Part shown: in pieces, positions 42,773 through 56,880 of the stretch | Layout: the number at the start of each line of letters is the position of its first letter | Position numbering within the stretch: position 1 is the first letter of the stretch | Assembly (NCBI RefSeq): GCF_964204865.1 | Contig: NC_135255.1 | Location: forward strand, 11,098,001-11,162,000 | DNA length: 64,000 nt | Source: Styela clava | Taxonomy: Eukaryota | Direction of reading: 5' to 3' | Program-made: the position numbers and the translations under genes | Notes under the pieces: generated by a model | Database searches by the model: none | Told to the model about the DNA's origin: nothing | What the model saw: the letters and a program-made list of their open reading frames with translations, nothing else

Positions 42773-43814
42773 TCTTAACCAGATGGATGAGTGTACAGCA
42801 AGTAACGTCAAAACAAACTTCTTTTTCAAAGTACACTGTTATAAATATCTGAATAAGATTACAAAGATTTCAGTCATCCCTTCAAAATTTCAGGGTATCA
42901 ACTCATATTTTCTCTGATGTCTGCTTTCTCTCATGTACTAACAATCGAGACAGTAATTCAAAAACCAGCATTGGCATTATTTTCCATAAGCAAACAGTCG
43001 AAACAAGGAAATGGTAAAAATGAAATAGACAAAACAAAACTTTTTGTCAAAGCAACCAAGAGTCAAACAATGACTACTAACATAAAAAAGCAATTTAAAA
43101 AAAATGAGCAATAGAAATTGGAAAAGCAGCGACGTCTGTATTTTGTATGTGGTCAAACCAATATCATAATTAGTTTGATACTAAATATAAGTAGAACACT
43201 CTGCTAAACGTTTGCTTTGCTATGGTGTGGAGTCAAAAATAAGCGCGTACATGTAATCATCCTGGATTCACAGATTCTACTTCTGTCGCAGTCATGAGCG
43301 AGAGGATTGATTCTCTGCTATCATTCTGCTTGTTGGTTGCAGTTATCTCCATTACACATCCCCAAATTGAGCTTGTAGCCCGATAAAAATGTTTCTCAAA
43401 AAATTTTTTAATCTCGAGTGGAAAGGTGGAGTGAGAAATATTAAATTTTTTGAACAAAGGTCCAAATTTTGTGAATTCCGAGTCACAGTCAGAGTCAGTT
43501 TTTTAATGGCCCAGGAACTTGTGTCTGTCGGGCTGTGAAATGTAAAAACTAAGTTTAAATCTCACTAATGATTATCGGAAATGTAAAAAATATTTTTTAA
43601 ATCACCAGATGAATCAGTGAAGCATTAGTCACAGTTTTCTCTCAAGAACATTGAACAGCTTCTATCTAAATAAACCATTAATTCTTATGAACCATCGAGA
43701 CACCATGATCAAGAAACCAACATGGAAAATCAAAAAAGCATCACTGAAATGAAAAGAACTGGATATTGACAGAATAACTGAAACATGGTAAGTAAAGGCA
43801 TATTTGCTCAATGT

Positions 43815-46800
43815 TTATCGCAGAAAGTTATACACAAGTATGTTCGGAGTTCCAAAATATTTTGTAGCAAATGCTCGACCATCAGGAGTAGGATCAGAGA
43901 AAGCAACCTGAAAATAATAAGCGTAAGAGTGTCAAATGCAGAAAACTACCTACTTAATATCAGATAGATAAATTGCGGCAGGGATTTTTCGTACAAGATT
44001 TAAGGATCTGTGTGTAGTTGTGCAATGCAATGTGCATCCATGTAAGATAAACTTTCGTCAGTCAAAATGGGAAAAATTTTAAATCGCAGAAGCCAGAAAA
44101 CTTGGATTTTCACGAGTCTTTAGAGCAGGGGTCACCAACGCGTTGCCCGCAGGCACCAAGTCGCCCGCAGGTCTGTTCCAAACTAAGATTAATAACAGCG
44201 CTTATAAGTAAGCTACATCAATAAAATTTTGTCCTGCTATTCTTGTGTAAATCACACTTATATGGGAATCGGGAATGGCACTATATTAATTATTGTAGCC
44301 ATCAACCTGATTTTTATTTGATCTCAGTAATGTGACGGGACAATTAACACTCTTGCAATTATGACATCACACTGATATAATTTACCACGACCCGCGCTTT
44401 TTCTTGTTCGTTGGTTTGTGGAGCAGCAATAATATATATTTATTGATTCCAAAGAAAAATGGCTGAAAAACCCACCATTTTCACGATGAATGGGGGTGGG
44501 TATATTTTTACCACCATGAAAAGAGCCTGCGCGTGTCTCAATTTGTGGGGCGATTGTAGCGACGACAAAGCGAAAAGATATTTCACGGCTAGTCACGCAA
44601 TCTACCGCACTAACTATCCACTGGTCAGCGCAGTACGGGAAGAAAAACATCGCGACTCAAATCTTACAGCAATTCTATTTTACGAGACCATTGTTCAACA
44701 TTTTTGCCATAAACTCAGGATAGGATGGGATTTACATATTTATCCCGGGGCCGATAAGACGGCTTAACCATATGGCGAACCAAGGCCTCTCGTCCGGTTA
44801 CCATTTCATGTCGGGTATGGGATTAGTTAGTTATTTGTTTTCGTAAGCATGGACTTGATGGCGAAGGAAGCCATCCCAACGACGGCAAGGGGTCCAGCAA
44901 TCCTCTCACACATTACTATCCTCGCATAGGATTCTTACCTGCAAACCTAACGCTTAGCACACTAACGATGGCCACACAGCCGCGACTTTTAAGAAGTATA
45001 CATTGAATTGGTAGCCCGCGGCTTAATCTGTACCCAGAAAGTAGTCCTCGGCCTCGAAAAGGTTGGTGACCCCTGCTTTAGAGTCTAAAAAGCGTTTCAA
45101 GTCACAAAAAACTGCTATGTATGATATGGAGAAATACCTTTTTTACATTTCGAAAAGCCAGGGAGAGGGAATTGTCCTGACAAGGAGGATGGGTGTATCA
45201 GACTCAACTAAAATACCACTATGATTCTATACAGCAGTTCTTGGCATTTTGGTGCTTGCCCATAACCTTTCTCAGAGATAACTCCTCTTCTTTCTCTAAG
45301 TGAGTGCCTTGTTCCGAGCAACTTCTTTTAAAAAAGAAACAAACCTGAGATTTATCCAAACAAGACCCAAGTACAAATGACGAGCGGACTGCATCAAGCA
45401 GACGAGTTGCAATTTGCTTCCTACGCATTGGACCATATGTCCATATTCTCGATACACCACATACAGCAGGTGTAAGTCTGTGATCAGTGAAACACAACAC
45501 ATTTTTGGCAGATGACTCTTCTGTACTTTTTCCAGGAATTAATCGATGCGCACCTGATATTTTTTCTGCGATCAAGCATCCTGCAATCTGTAAGATATTT
45601 TTTATGAGTCTTATGTAATACTTACGTACAGCTTTATCTTTGAATAACAATAAATCTATTCAAATTCACACAAATAAACAATATAACCGCTTGATTTGAA
45701 TATGGTTGGACTCCTCTTCATCACACCAATCATTCCCCTGCGTGGATTCGCAGGTTCGAATCCTGTGAAGATGATTATGTGTGAGAGGATTGCTGAATTC
45801 CTCATCGACACAGGTTTGTTCATGTAACCACTGGTTGTGACCTCAACCATCAAGTTCATGCATCTGAAGCAAAAATCTGGCAACTAACCCCATACTCGAC
45901 AGGGACTGGTGACTGGACGAGAAGTCGTGGTTCACCACAAGATGAAACCATCTCATCATCTTTCCCTCGGGATAAATATGTAAATCCTATCATATCTGAT
46001 ACAGACTGGTGATAGGGCATGGGCCCAACCTATTACAAGTTGTCTTGTCGGATTTCCTCTCCTCTGGGATAAATGCAAAATCCTTTACTATTTGGATTTC
46101 CAAGTTGTTTAATAATGAGCTAGAACAGTCTTGATGTAATATAGTTTCTAACCTTTTCAGTATCAGAAATAAAGAAATAGGCAATTCTTGATGACACGAG
46201 TCCAGTCTTTACAGTCTTGAAACCCAAATCAATGTCAACGATGGTCAGAATGTCAGCAACCTATTTGAAATATTCAAAATTGAAATTTATTCAAGTTGTT
46301 TAACAATTATATACAAGCAAAAGTCAAGAAATTTTTTCTAAAAAAACGAGAAAGCACAGTATTTGTTGATAAATGCATTATATCTAAATATTATGTCATG
46401 ATAAGATTCCTATATTGAACACATATTCTCATACAGGGATGTTGATTACACATAATAATTTGGCTTTGACAGCATATGCATAGGTTGTTTCAAAGTTTGG
46501 AAGCAAGTGAGAAATAGTAATTTTACCTTTTTAACAGCGTATTTTGGATCATTTGGTGTAACTTTAATAATTCTTCCATCCATAAAACTAGACACAATTC
46601 TTTCATTTTTCCAACCTAAAAATCTGCAAAAAACGACAATATGGACAACATAAAGTGTTGATTCATTTATTTCCACAGATTAGACAATGAAAGATGGTTT
46701 GTGCTACATTCTTGATAACTCAAACAAATACAGGGATTAAATGTCATAGGCTAGAAACATATTAATGAAGCCATCTTTCTTTAACAGTGACAGTATATAT

Positions 46801-49800
46801 TTAATAATTATTTTTATTGAGTTTGATTGTTACAAGACTGAGAAAAGTCTATAATTTGCTATTTTGCTTTTAAGAAATTTTATCAAAATAGGAAAAACTC
46901 ACTTGACAAAATTAAGGAATCTTTTGTGATAATTGATATGATCTTGTTCGTCATCTGGATGATTAGCTGAATATACCATTCCACACATTGAACATTGTGT
47001 TGCTCCAAACCTTTTCTGACCTTGGAGTTTAAAAGTTGTTTAATTCAAATTAAGTTAACATGTTCAATTACGATTGCCTTATGAGTAATCAACTAATCAT
47101 TATTCACTAATAAAGGCTGAAACATTCTTATTATGATTTCCATTGAAAGAAAAAAATACACAAATTCAGTTTATTCTTGTTCGAAGAGCTGTGGTAACTG
47201 GTAATAATTTTTTTCGTTCTCATTTCCACATGCATGTGAAAGCAACGGAGTTCAAGAGTAAAAACCATTTTCTTTAAATTTGGTCTATTTTCCTGATATA
47301 TCATTTTTTATAAATGGAGTAAAGAAAATTTTGTTGAAAACTGAAATGGTGCATGTACGAAATGTTAAAAAAAGTTACCAGACTGGTATTTTTCAGAAAT
47401 AATATTTGATATGATCCAGCCAGAATTATTGTTTTATTTCATGATTTGATCGAAAATATAGAATAGCAAACTCTATAAAGCATAGGGTTTTGAACAAGAT
47501 CCTCTAGTTCTGCGAAAAAAATCCTGATTCATTCAGAAAAAAGATTGTATTTTACCTGCATCTATAATCATTTGTTTACTTGGAGGACTGCTCTTTTTCA
47601 CGTTGTTTTTTGCTTTATGATTACCGGCTAATGTAGATGACAAGTTTTCAGGTGTAATGGGAGAAACTAGGAGACAAATCAAAAATTATCAAAAACTAAT
47701 TAAATATGAATATCGAAATTTGACTGACATAGATAACTCTCTTGAGTTTATTGTTCCAGACCTAAAACATAAAATCAAAACTAAAGTTGGGGTTTAAATA
47801 AAAATTAGGGATTTACGTTTTATGAATGAAGATAAATGGCAAAATAGCTTATCCACGTTTGCCATGCAAAATAATAGGCTATTGAACAAGTTTCAAATAA
47901 TTTAAAACAAAAACATAGAACTATCAATATATACATTGGTTAAACTAAGCCACAAGCCCACAATACATTTCATTGTAGGAAAATTTTTAAGAATTGTACA
48001 ATTTATGATGACATGGCTAAAACTATCCCCAAAATAGCAATGGTTCACATAACTCTATTCTGGCAGGGCTGGGCATTTCAACTCGAATAGTAAATAATTC
48101 AAATTGGTTCAGATGAAAATTTTGAATTGTCACCATCTTGTTTTTTATTTGGCCGACAAAATTCCAGGTGAATTTCTCATTTTTTTGTTTTGTTTATTGA
48201 AGCCATACTTTTACAATGCAATTCCGACATGATGTGGCTCTTCTCTTTTAATGAGTGAGTTATTGATAAAACATATTTCTCATTGTGTGTGAGCATTCGC
48301 AAACTGTCTGAATAATGGATTCTATGTTTTCAGTAATTTATGTGCCTGGAAGTCCATCACAATAAAAAATTCACATACAATAGAATGTCTTCCCAGTATT
48401 CGAGATTCGATTCTGAAATCATGAGGTATTCGAAAATGCCCAGCCCTAGTATACACAATATTCGTAACCCAAATTAATACTCAAACTTAGTTTAAGTTTC
48501 CTACTTATTTTCTTACTCAATTGACTTTTCTCATTGTCAGTTTGATCACAATTTTCTGTTTGTTTATTTTCTTTTACACTATGCTTGTTGAAGATTGGAA
48601 AAAATTTGCTAGTGCTGTTTTTGTGGTCCAAACTCTTGTCCTTCTGTGTCTAAAAGAGTAAGATGTTGAATATCATCTATCATATTTCAATAAAGTTTTG
48701 AAACGAGACTATATCAGGTTGCAGCGATGGATCTATGTGTAACCGCCCTTGATTCCGTTAGTAGAAAATTATTTCAAAACTTTCAAAATTATCAGATACA
48801 AATCATACAATGCCAAACTCATTACTCTTTCAGAATTTGATCCCCATTTTATCTCGGCACTGACTGTGTAGAGAGTGAGACCCCCAATGCATTGTTTTAA
48901 TGTTGGCCATGCATAATATTACATTACCTAACATTTGTAATTGACCAGCCTGGATGTTAAAATCACATTACAGAACAAGGCTCAAGAGCCGACACTGGAG
49001 CCCAGCTCCAATGTAAAAAACAAATCTCCGATACTGTTGCGTATGAGCCAGAGCCGAGTCAGCTTTCCATCCAACTCTGTAGAGTGTTACAGTGTGATGA
49101 AAATAGAGATCTGTTCACGTCAAAATCAACCAATAGCGCCATAAAAAATTCGACACAATTTGGAGTAAAAAAATAGCTACTAACTTTTAGTTGCTTGATT
49201 TCTTCAGCTGGTACTGAACGTTCCAAATTTACAATAGAAGTAGTGTCACGATGAACGGTATCAATTTTACGCATTTTAGCAGGGGGTTCAGCTTCAATCT
49301 CATCACTCACATCATCTTTAACACAGAAAGATGAACTTTTACAATCATTATCATCTTGTGGATATTCATTTGAAATGTTCGGTAGGCTTCGGTTGAGATT
49401 ATCATATGATAAATTCATTATAGATTTCAATTTTGGAGATTCCAAAAAAATTTTAGTTTTCGAAGTTTTTGATATCCAATGATCTTTAAAATAGCTCCTG
49501 CCAAGGGACTTAGGTGCCCAATTGTACTTTCGGACTGCCATTTTCTTTGGAGTCGATTGCTTGTTTTCCTTTGCAGTCTTAGTGGTTTTTAGATAAAGTC
49601 GACGATTTGTACTTTTTATTGAATTTTTCTGTGTTTTTATATTTTCTTTGTCATCTTTCATTGGTGTATTATCCAGAAACTTATTTTCAAGTTCAATATT
49701 CCTGATATCTCTAATTGCTTTCCGCTCAAGTGGAGTCAAGTAATGCTTCATTTTTCCGTCACTCACAGTCGATTTATGATAAAATGATTTCAGTGGTTTT

Positions 49801-49820
49801 TCATTCAGCATATCTGCCAT
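43815..49820 (-). CDS. ESCO2: Cohesin N-acetyltransferase ESCO2 (Eco1/Ctf7 family), about 8 coding exons
   Basis: YLTPLERK and FFPIF N-terminal motifs; PIP-like QMIIDAG|QK; C2H2 finger [11 protein letters not shown]; GWKNER; [19 protein letters not shown]; last exon [18 protein letters not shown] (43907-43815). Confidence 0.92.
44126..45075. mobile_element. Non-autonomous hAT element in the last ESCO2 intron, containing a nested SINE
   Basis: TIR CAGGGGTCACCAAC / GTTGGTGACCCCTG; perfect TSD CTTTAGAG. Confidence 0.92.
44717..44983 (-). mobile_element. tRNA-derived SINE copy (internally deleted), nested in the hAT element
   Basis: High similarity to 22589-22932 including the AGGATAGGAT tail. 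Confidence 0.88.
45720..45995 (+). mobile_element. tRNA-derived SINE copy (diverged)
   Basis: GCAGGTTCGAATCC B box and GATAAATATGTAAATCCTATC 3' end. Confidence 0.82.
48064..48447. mobile_element. MITE with AGGGCTGGGCAT termini (hAT/Ac-like); remnants at about 24560-24605 and 38970-39013
   Basis: CAGGGCTGGGCATTTC..TCGAATA / TATTCGAAAATGCCCAGCCCTA. Confidence 0.7.
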
Positions 49821-50908
49821 TATAAGCTTAAATATACCTAAATAATTAGAGAAAGAGTTTATTCAATTCGTCAAACAAACAACATACAAACATATAACAT
49901 TCAATACATGCAATCATATATGAATAATAAATAGATATGATGGTTAGGTGTATGACTGGGAGGCAACGATACGACCTTTTGGGGTCATCAAGAGTCTGTT
50001 GCCCCCCATACAATTATATTCTTAGTAATAAAATGATTCAACAGGTTCAGTGGTAAATTCTTCAATACCTCTCATTTATTCACTATATACAAGAAATTCC
50101 TAATTTGGAAGCATTAAAAAATACTGGTTTGTCGTAAGATATTCCATGCACCATTTATCCAGCTGCCAATTTGACATGTATTGCATATCTACTGCATAAA
50201 ACTATGCAAAATATAGAAATGGGTTAGCAAGGATACCAATTATTTGGACAATTTGTCTATTAATAATGAAAGAAACATGGACATGGATTTTGAATATGTA
50301 AAGATGGGATAAATTTTATTATAACATACGCAAAATCAGTACAAAAAAATCAGGAGCACATGTGGGGCTGACTAAACAAATCATAATATATTTTCACAAT
50401 ACAATTTATCAATTCAGACCAGTTAAGCAAATTTTGCGATAATTTGTGACTTTGTACAAATGTATTAAGGGTTGAGCATAGGCTCAATGAAGAATTATTG
50501 GTTCGAGGGTTGATGGAAAAAAGCTAATTAGTTGGCATGGCAACTTTTAAAGCTTTGACATAATGTAGAAAAATATAGGATGTAACATTCTTTAACAATG
50601 TACCTATACATTTTGTTATTTATTTATTTGGACCACTTTAATTATGAACATTATGAAATTCCTTGAGACGGTTCTATAGAACCTGTGCGAGCCGGCTGAA
50701 TCCAACCACTGGATGTAGTGTTTAGATCTCACTACACATTAATTGTTGATTGGTTGGTCGGATAGGTTGCGTCTGAACCCGAGCCGTCCATCTGTCAATA
50801 GACTCCGACCGTAGATAATAGTCAGTTGAAACACCTTATGAGTTTTCATTGCAATTCCGACAATATAAACAGAATTCAATGTATACACTCTTAGGTTGAT
50901 TAAGGCCT

Positions 50909-51155
50909 ATAGGATAGGGTTTATCCCGGTGGAGAGAAAAGCTGATAAGATGACTTAAACATACAGCTACAGCCACCTGTCCGAGTTACCATTCCATGTC
51001 GGATATGGGATTAGCTAGTTATTTGTTTCCGAAGCATGGACACGATGGTGGAGGAAGCCGTAACCGACCAGCGGTTACGTGAACCAAACAGAGTAATCAG
51101 AGGGGCGGTGACAAGCGTATTTCTAACGCTTAGCACGATGAGCCGCACCGACGCC
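50909..51155 (-). mobile_element. tRNA-derived SINE copy
   Basis: Matches 22589-22932 (GGTGGAGGAAGCCGTAACCGACCAG, CTAACGCTTAGC); B-box region deleted. Confidence 0.85.
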
Positions 51156-53435
51156 AATAACGTTAGGAACATAGCAGAATATATAAGTTTCTACAGAGCA
51201 ATTAAAACATGATCAAGAAACAGATTTTTACATTAACAATGAAAGAATAACAGGTTATTCCGGTTTCTTAGCAATTTTCGGTTTTCCTATAATCATACAT
51301 TATTAAAAGTGTTTTCTTAAAACTTAGTACTTGCAATTAAATTGTTATTGTCAAATCGTAACGATGAGAATGTGTATTTGGTCACGTCCCAACTCAAATT
51401 ATGCGAATTGAAAAATTGTTCCCAATTAGATAATTAGTCTTTACAGAGATGTTTCGAATTTACGTTATTATAATTTTACTGGAAATAAAATTTATCTTTA
51501 CATTGAATGGTACCCAAAGGCTATTAAAACTTGAAATTGGATTTCACGAAACTTAAATTACAATTGCTGAATTGTGGGAATAATTAATGCTGTTTTTCAT
51601 TAGTTTCTCACGAATTGGGTCAATTTGGTGTAGGTAGTTTTGTAGTTGCATAACAACTAATTGGCTACAATGAGACTTGAGTATCCATTATTAGACTAAT
51701 AATATCATTGCATTTGCCTTGCCGTTATAGTAAGGTCGATTATCACGTTATAATAATCGTATTGTTATGTCATAATGAAATTGTAAATCAAGACGTCCAC
51801 CCTCCACCACGTCTGCACGTTGGCTTGTGCGCTTATTTTTAATTACAGAGTTAGGCCAGTAGGCTGACAGGAAAGTGAGTTTTGGCTATCTGCTTACACA
51901 GTAACAAATTCTATTAAATCATCGATGCAAAGTCCATCAAACTAATCTAGTAATTTGCATCTTCATGGCTCTGTGAGCACGAGTTTTCTTCTTTGACTGA
52001 AATGAAAAAAAAATGAGCGACCGACCCTCGTTTCAATTATGTCTTTAAACAGGCACAATGTCTGAATGTCAACATCACATTAACATTTGCAGAACAATTT
52101 GTTTAAAGCTCACTTTTTTTACAAGTGTGCCGCAAAACCTCTTTATATGCTTAGTGCGCCGCGAGCAAAAAAGTTTGAGAACCACTGCACTAGACAGTAC
52201 CGCATGCGTCAACGAAAACTAAGCAAGTTTTCGCACCTACCGTACCTGTGTTAGCCCAGTACATTTCTACATTTGGTAACGGAGCAATATTTTGTATGGC
52301 GTCTCATCATTCTGTCCTTGTTATCCTATCCTTGTATAAACAGCGCACATCGCAGATGCTGAAATGTTAATTCCGCCAGCCAAAACCAAAACTCCCGCCT
52401 CGCGGAGCTGAAGCCAACCATGACGAAATTAGCGAAATCGAATTCGATTTTCCTTGTGTTCAAATTTCCTTGTTAAAAAATTTAATTCTGGATATGCGAT
52501 GTCCTTGTAAATTGTCCCGTTCTCCTCATATATCTATTTCAATTTTAGAATTTTTGATTCTTTCTGTTCTTTTTTTGGCAGGTATGATCACTAGATGTTA
52601 TGCTTGCTAAGTTGATTATTCAGCATTTTTTGTTGAATTGCTGTTTATTGGTGTATTACTGTACTTGTTATGTTCCAAGAAATTGATAGGTCAGAAATAC
52701 AGTTAAAATAAGATCTCAAAAAGACCTAAAATCCAGGTGCTGAGGTAACAACAATTTCCGAAACTTGCGTTCTGCATGGTGTAAAATGCAAAGGGGAAGC
52801 CTGGAGTTTTCACCTATATTTCAAACAATATTCAAATACAATACCCTAAGAATTGTAACAATGAGTATTCATAGTATTAAGAAGTAACTTTCATAGTAAC
52901 CGATATTGTAAACCATTTACAATTTAACCTAACTAATATCATAAAAACATATTGCAATTTGTAATACATTATTAATGATCTACTAAAATTATTATCAAAG
53001 AAATAATAGTTATCTCGGTATTTACATTATTTGTGAAAAATGTTAACACTTTCTGATATTTGCTCGGTAAATAAAAAGTTACCCATTGCGGAGCGCGATG
53101 GAGTAGGGTGCTTTGACAAAGAATATTCGACTTCTATGGATACGGCGTGGTTGAATAAACCACAAACAGAAACAGATTGTTCATATAATGACTTAAACAT
53201 GTATTTATGTATGTAGACCGTGTGGATGTTCTGCGATACCCAGTTATCAGTATAGGCTGCATCAGTTTTGTTCAACTTATTTTAGAGATTTATTTTTAAG
53301 CCGGATTACTATGTTGAGCTAAAAATCAGAATACATATTGGGTAAAGTTACTGAATAGATTTGTTGTGAAAAAAATCTCTATTTTGCCAATTTAATGAAT
53401 ATAAAGCATCTATTGATTTGGGTAAATTATCGGCT

Positions 53436-55395
53436 ATGAAGATAATATGTGCGGGACTCCAGAAAACTGGAACGAAGTCATTAGCTGAAGCTTTACGAAT
53501 ACTCGGATATAACGTACATGATGTCTTTGAGCAATTTTACTACGAAAAAGAATTATGGAACAAGGTATTTAACAAAACCAAATGTGTATCACTCTGTAGT
53601 GTCCTGAACATCTTTTGACTATTGTCATTGATTCAGGTTCTCCGTAATACAGCTGTCATTGCTGATTATCAAAGAATTCTCGAGGATGTAGATGCTGTAA
53701 TGGACTTCCCTGCAGTAGCTGTATGGGAGAAAATTATGGAAGCATTTCCCGAAGCCAAAGTAAGCTATTTACATTACGTCATAAGCACACATTACTACGT
53801 CGGTACTTTATAGTTTTATACATGTCGGTATTTATGCAATATAAATATGCATTTTATTATAGACTGGAGAAGCATAGTATCAATGTTGGGTCTTTAGGAA
53901 CGACGTGTTCAATTATCTATGTCGATTGTATAGGCCTATATATATTGCGTTATCAATTTGCATTCTCTTCAAGCCACATTGCTTTTTTTTTAGATAATTT
54001 TAACAATCCGATCCAACGAAGATGATTGGTACACAAGCATTAAAAACCACATCGAAGTCATTAACCAATATATTCCGTGAGTACGTCTCTAAAAATAAGT
54101 TCTGATATGAAATCTGATATCACATTATCGATAGAGCTTTGTTGCCATACTTGCAGCAGGTCAAACTCGGATTGACACCGATTGCCACATGCCTCATTGA
54201 TAGAACACGGAAACGCTTTCTCTCCTCAGGTCCTATCCATATAATGAAGCAAGAGTCATATTTTACTCACCCACAAAATCTGAACCACATAATGAACACA
54301 ATTAATCAAATTTAAAGGTATACTAAAGACAATGATTGTCAATTTAGGCTACTTCGAAAAATTCTTTATATTGCAATTCGCATCAAATATATACAACTTG
54401 CGCTGATTATTTGGTTTCTGCGAGACTAACTACTTATCCTTCTTCTATGTTTTTGTGCCGGTGGATCCGTATGCATATATTGCGAGGATGCTGTAGCAAG
54501 AGTAGAGATAACAATTCTAAGTGATTCAAGAGTCTTGCTGCACACTAACACAAATATATTTCTGTAACGTTTCGTCTGACCAAGGTCAGACTTCTTCAGA
54601 CATACATAGTTCAACTACCACGAACCACGATGTATGTCTGAAGAAGTCTGGCCTTGGTCAGACGAAACGTTACAGAAATATATTTGTGTTAGTGTGCAGC
54701 AAGACTCTTGAATCACTTAGAAATATATACAATCTATAAATTCTTTATATACCACAAATTTTATTCTGTTATTTCAGGCAAAGTGAATTATTACAACAAC
54801 TTCTTCATGTGATATTGGGTCCCACGCGACAAGAATTTATTCGATATGAATCCGGATTTATACCTGCTTGCATTGGAATGACAAGGATGTGTGGAACACC
54901 TAAAGAGCCGATTCTCAGGTAAACATAGGAAAATTGGTAAAACTTATAGATAACACGTACGACGTCATTCAGATTTGCAAGTTGAAACTTCGTCACGAGA
55001 TTAGCAATTTGGCACTCTATATTTAAATTTAAAAGTTTTTTGGCAGTGAAATAACTTGAGAATTTAGATTTTTATCTTTGTTGTTCAACAGATCTCGTTA
55101 TCGACAGCATAATTGCTATGTCAAGTCAGCTTGCGAGAAAACGAAACTGTTGATATATAACGTAAAAGATGGTTGGGAACCTCTTTGCCATTTCCTTAAC
55201 AAGAAAATACCAGATAGACCTTTTCCAAAGAGGAACATAAAAGGCGGAATGGTTCATGAAGTTGCCCAACAGAAATGGGAACACGATTGTGGTTACGCCA
55301 AAGCTGTAAACAGAGAAGCGTTGATCAGAATTGGATTTTTGATAAGTGTGTTGGTTTCAATATTATCTGTCATCTTGTACTTTTTCACAATATAA
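53436..55395 (+). CDS. P-loop sulfotransferase, Sulfotransfer_4-type, with C-terminal TM anchor (exons 53436-53564, 53637-53759, 53994-54076, 54778-54918, 55092-55395)
   Basis: MKIICAGLQKTGTKSLAEALRILGY, DAVMDFP, FPEAKIILTIR..DDWY.S and LLIYNVKDGWEPLCHFL..P..PFP..N signature motifs. Confidence 0.9.
54515..54722. mobile_element. 93-bp inverted repeat (92/93 identical, 22-nt spacer), probably inverted Penelope-like LTR fragments
   Basis: Arms 54515-54607 and 54630-54722 are reverse complements; each contains a hammerhead core. Confidence 0.85.
54630..54683 (+). ncRNA. Minimal type I hammerhead ribozyme (mirror copy on minus strand, about 54554-54607)
   Basis: CTGAAGA (54638) + A + stem II GTCTGGC-CTTG-GTCAGAC + GAAAC (54664) + GTT; palindromic stem III ACGT. 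Confidence 0.7.
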
Positions 55396-56880
55396 TATTC
55401 AGATGCAATACACGTACACGAAACACAAGGTATTCTACAAGAAATAAAAGTTTTAGCCGGAAGTATACAATTGTTACACACTTTGAAGGAACCGTGCTAT
55501 GCAAACATACAATAATCAAAAGCCTTGGTGCACGTATGAAAGTCACTGAACTGAAACAAAGTCTTATTTGTCCAGGCGTCTTGTGGAGGTGAGGAGTCCG
55601 TGAATCCTTTTGCAACAAAACTATCTCTGAAACGGCACGAACGACCGATTTCTCTGAAAGAATTACACATAGGCATTTAAAGGGCATAAGATTAGTCTTG
55701 GAAAACAAAAATAAATTAATTATACTTAAGTACACTGAGAGCGATAATTCACAAAGTGAACACAGAAAAGGATTTGTTCGGAATGTTGATAGCTCAGAAC
55801 ATCGGGACAAATCAAACTGTGTTGGTTAATATTGTTGATGTCGCGTCTGGGAATTATTCTATCCAATAAAACTGCCGGTGTGCGTTGACTTGATAAATGT
55901 ACAATAGACACCAATCTATGAGGTCATACCCGACAACAGCACATCTTGGATAATACGATAAATGTGCTACTCAATTAACAATACAGAGTACAGACTGTAG
56001 GTACGCATATTTGAATAAACTATGACATAGCGTCATAGCTGTAATGAATATTTACTAATAAAATCACCCCACAATGTTATTTCCTGAATTCATTGTAAGA
56101 TTAGTTCAATTTGGTAAATCCAATTTTTTTTCGAATAACAAATATCCAGCTTGTACCAATAACGATACAAACGGTATATCCAAGTGCTATATCATAACAT
56201 TACTAAGCCTACACGTCTCATAAACCAAACTTGATTTTCAGTGCCTCTATCCTTTTGTTTTCAAATATTTTTTCATCGGTACGTCGCATGGCCGGAGAGT
56301 TTTTGCAAAGGCGTCTTAACACAAAAATTTGAGAACCACTGCTTTACGACGTCTAAATTTCCATGTTTTTTATTTTCCATGTTTGTTGTATATAGAACCT
56401 ATTTCATTGCATTTCCAAATTTTCCTGTTACAATGGTCCTTGCATAATAAATGACATTTTCAGTTAAATTTTTTATTTAACAAACTGATAGCTTCTAGCT
56501 GAATGATGCTCATATCATGGCATTTTATTTCATCTACTTTACGCTAGTTGCAAGTCCTTTTTCATATTTCAATCAACAGCCGTATTGGAATTTCCGTAAT
56601 ACTCCAATTCGTTAACGAGTAGGGTCTCATCCTATAAAAATAATCTGGCGATGCTTTCTTGATTATTTAATATGTGACGCCTTGGACTATACATATATGA
56701 CATTGGCTTATTGTGTACAGTACTCGAGTTGCTGTATATATGAGTCCATATGAGCGTACTGCATTGGCTGTGAATGTGCATTACTAGATTGGCCGTATTT
56801 GTATACCAATTAGGCAGTATATGCATATGGTATTGATTTTTGTATGTGCATCCCTTTCACATGTCTTTATGTGTATTGTG

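Noticed and set aside
50660-50850. GC-balanced, hairpin-rich stretch resembling a structured ncRNA
   Set aside because: No snRNA, RNase P or telomerase motifs recognised; the minus strand CAGTGGTTGGATTCAGCCGGCTCGCACAGGTTC..GAACCG looks like a hAT terminus remnant
55385-55914. Minus-strand ORFs of 141 and 62 aa downstream of the sulfotransferase
   Set aside because: No recognisable domain or convincing splice structure
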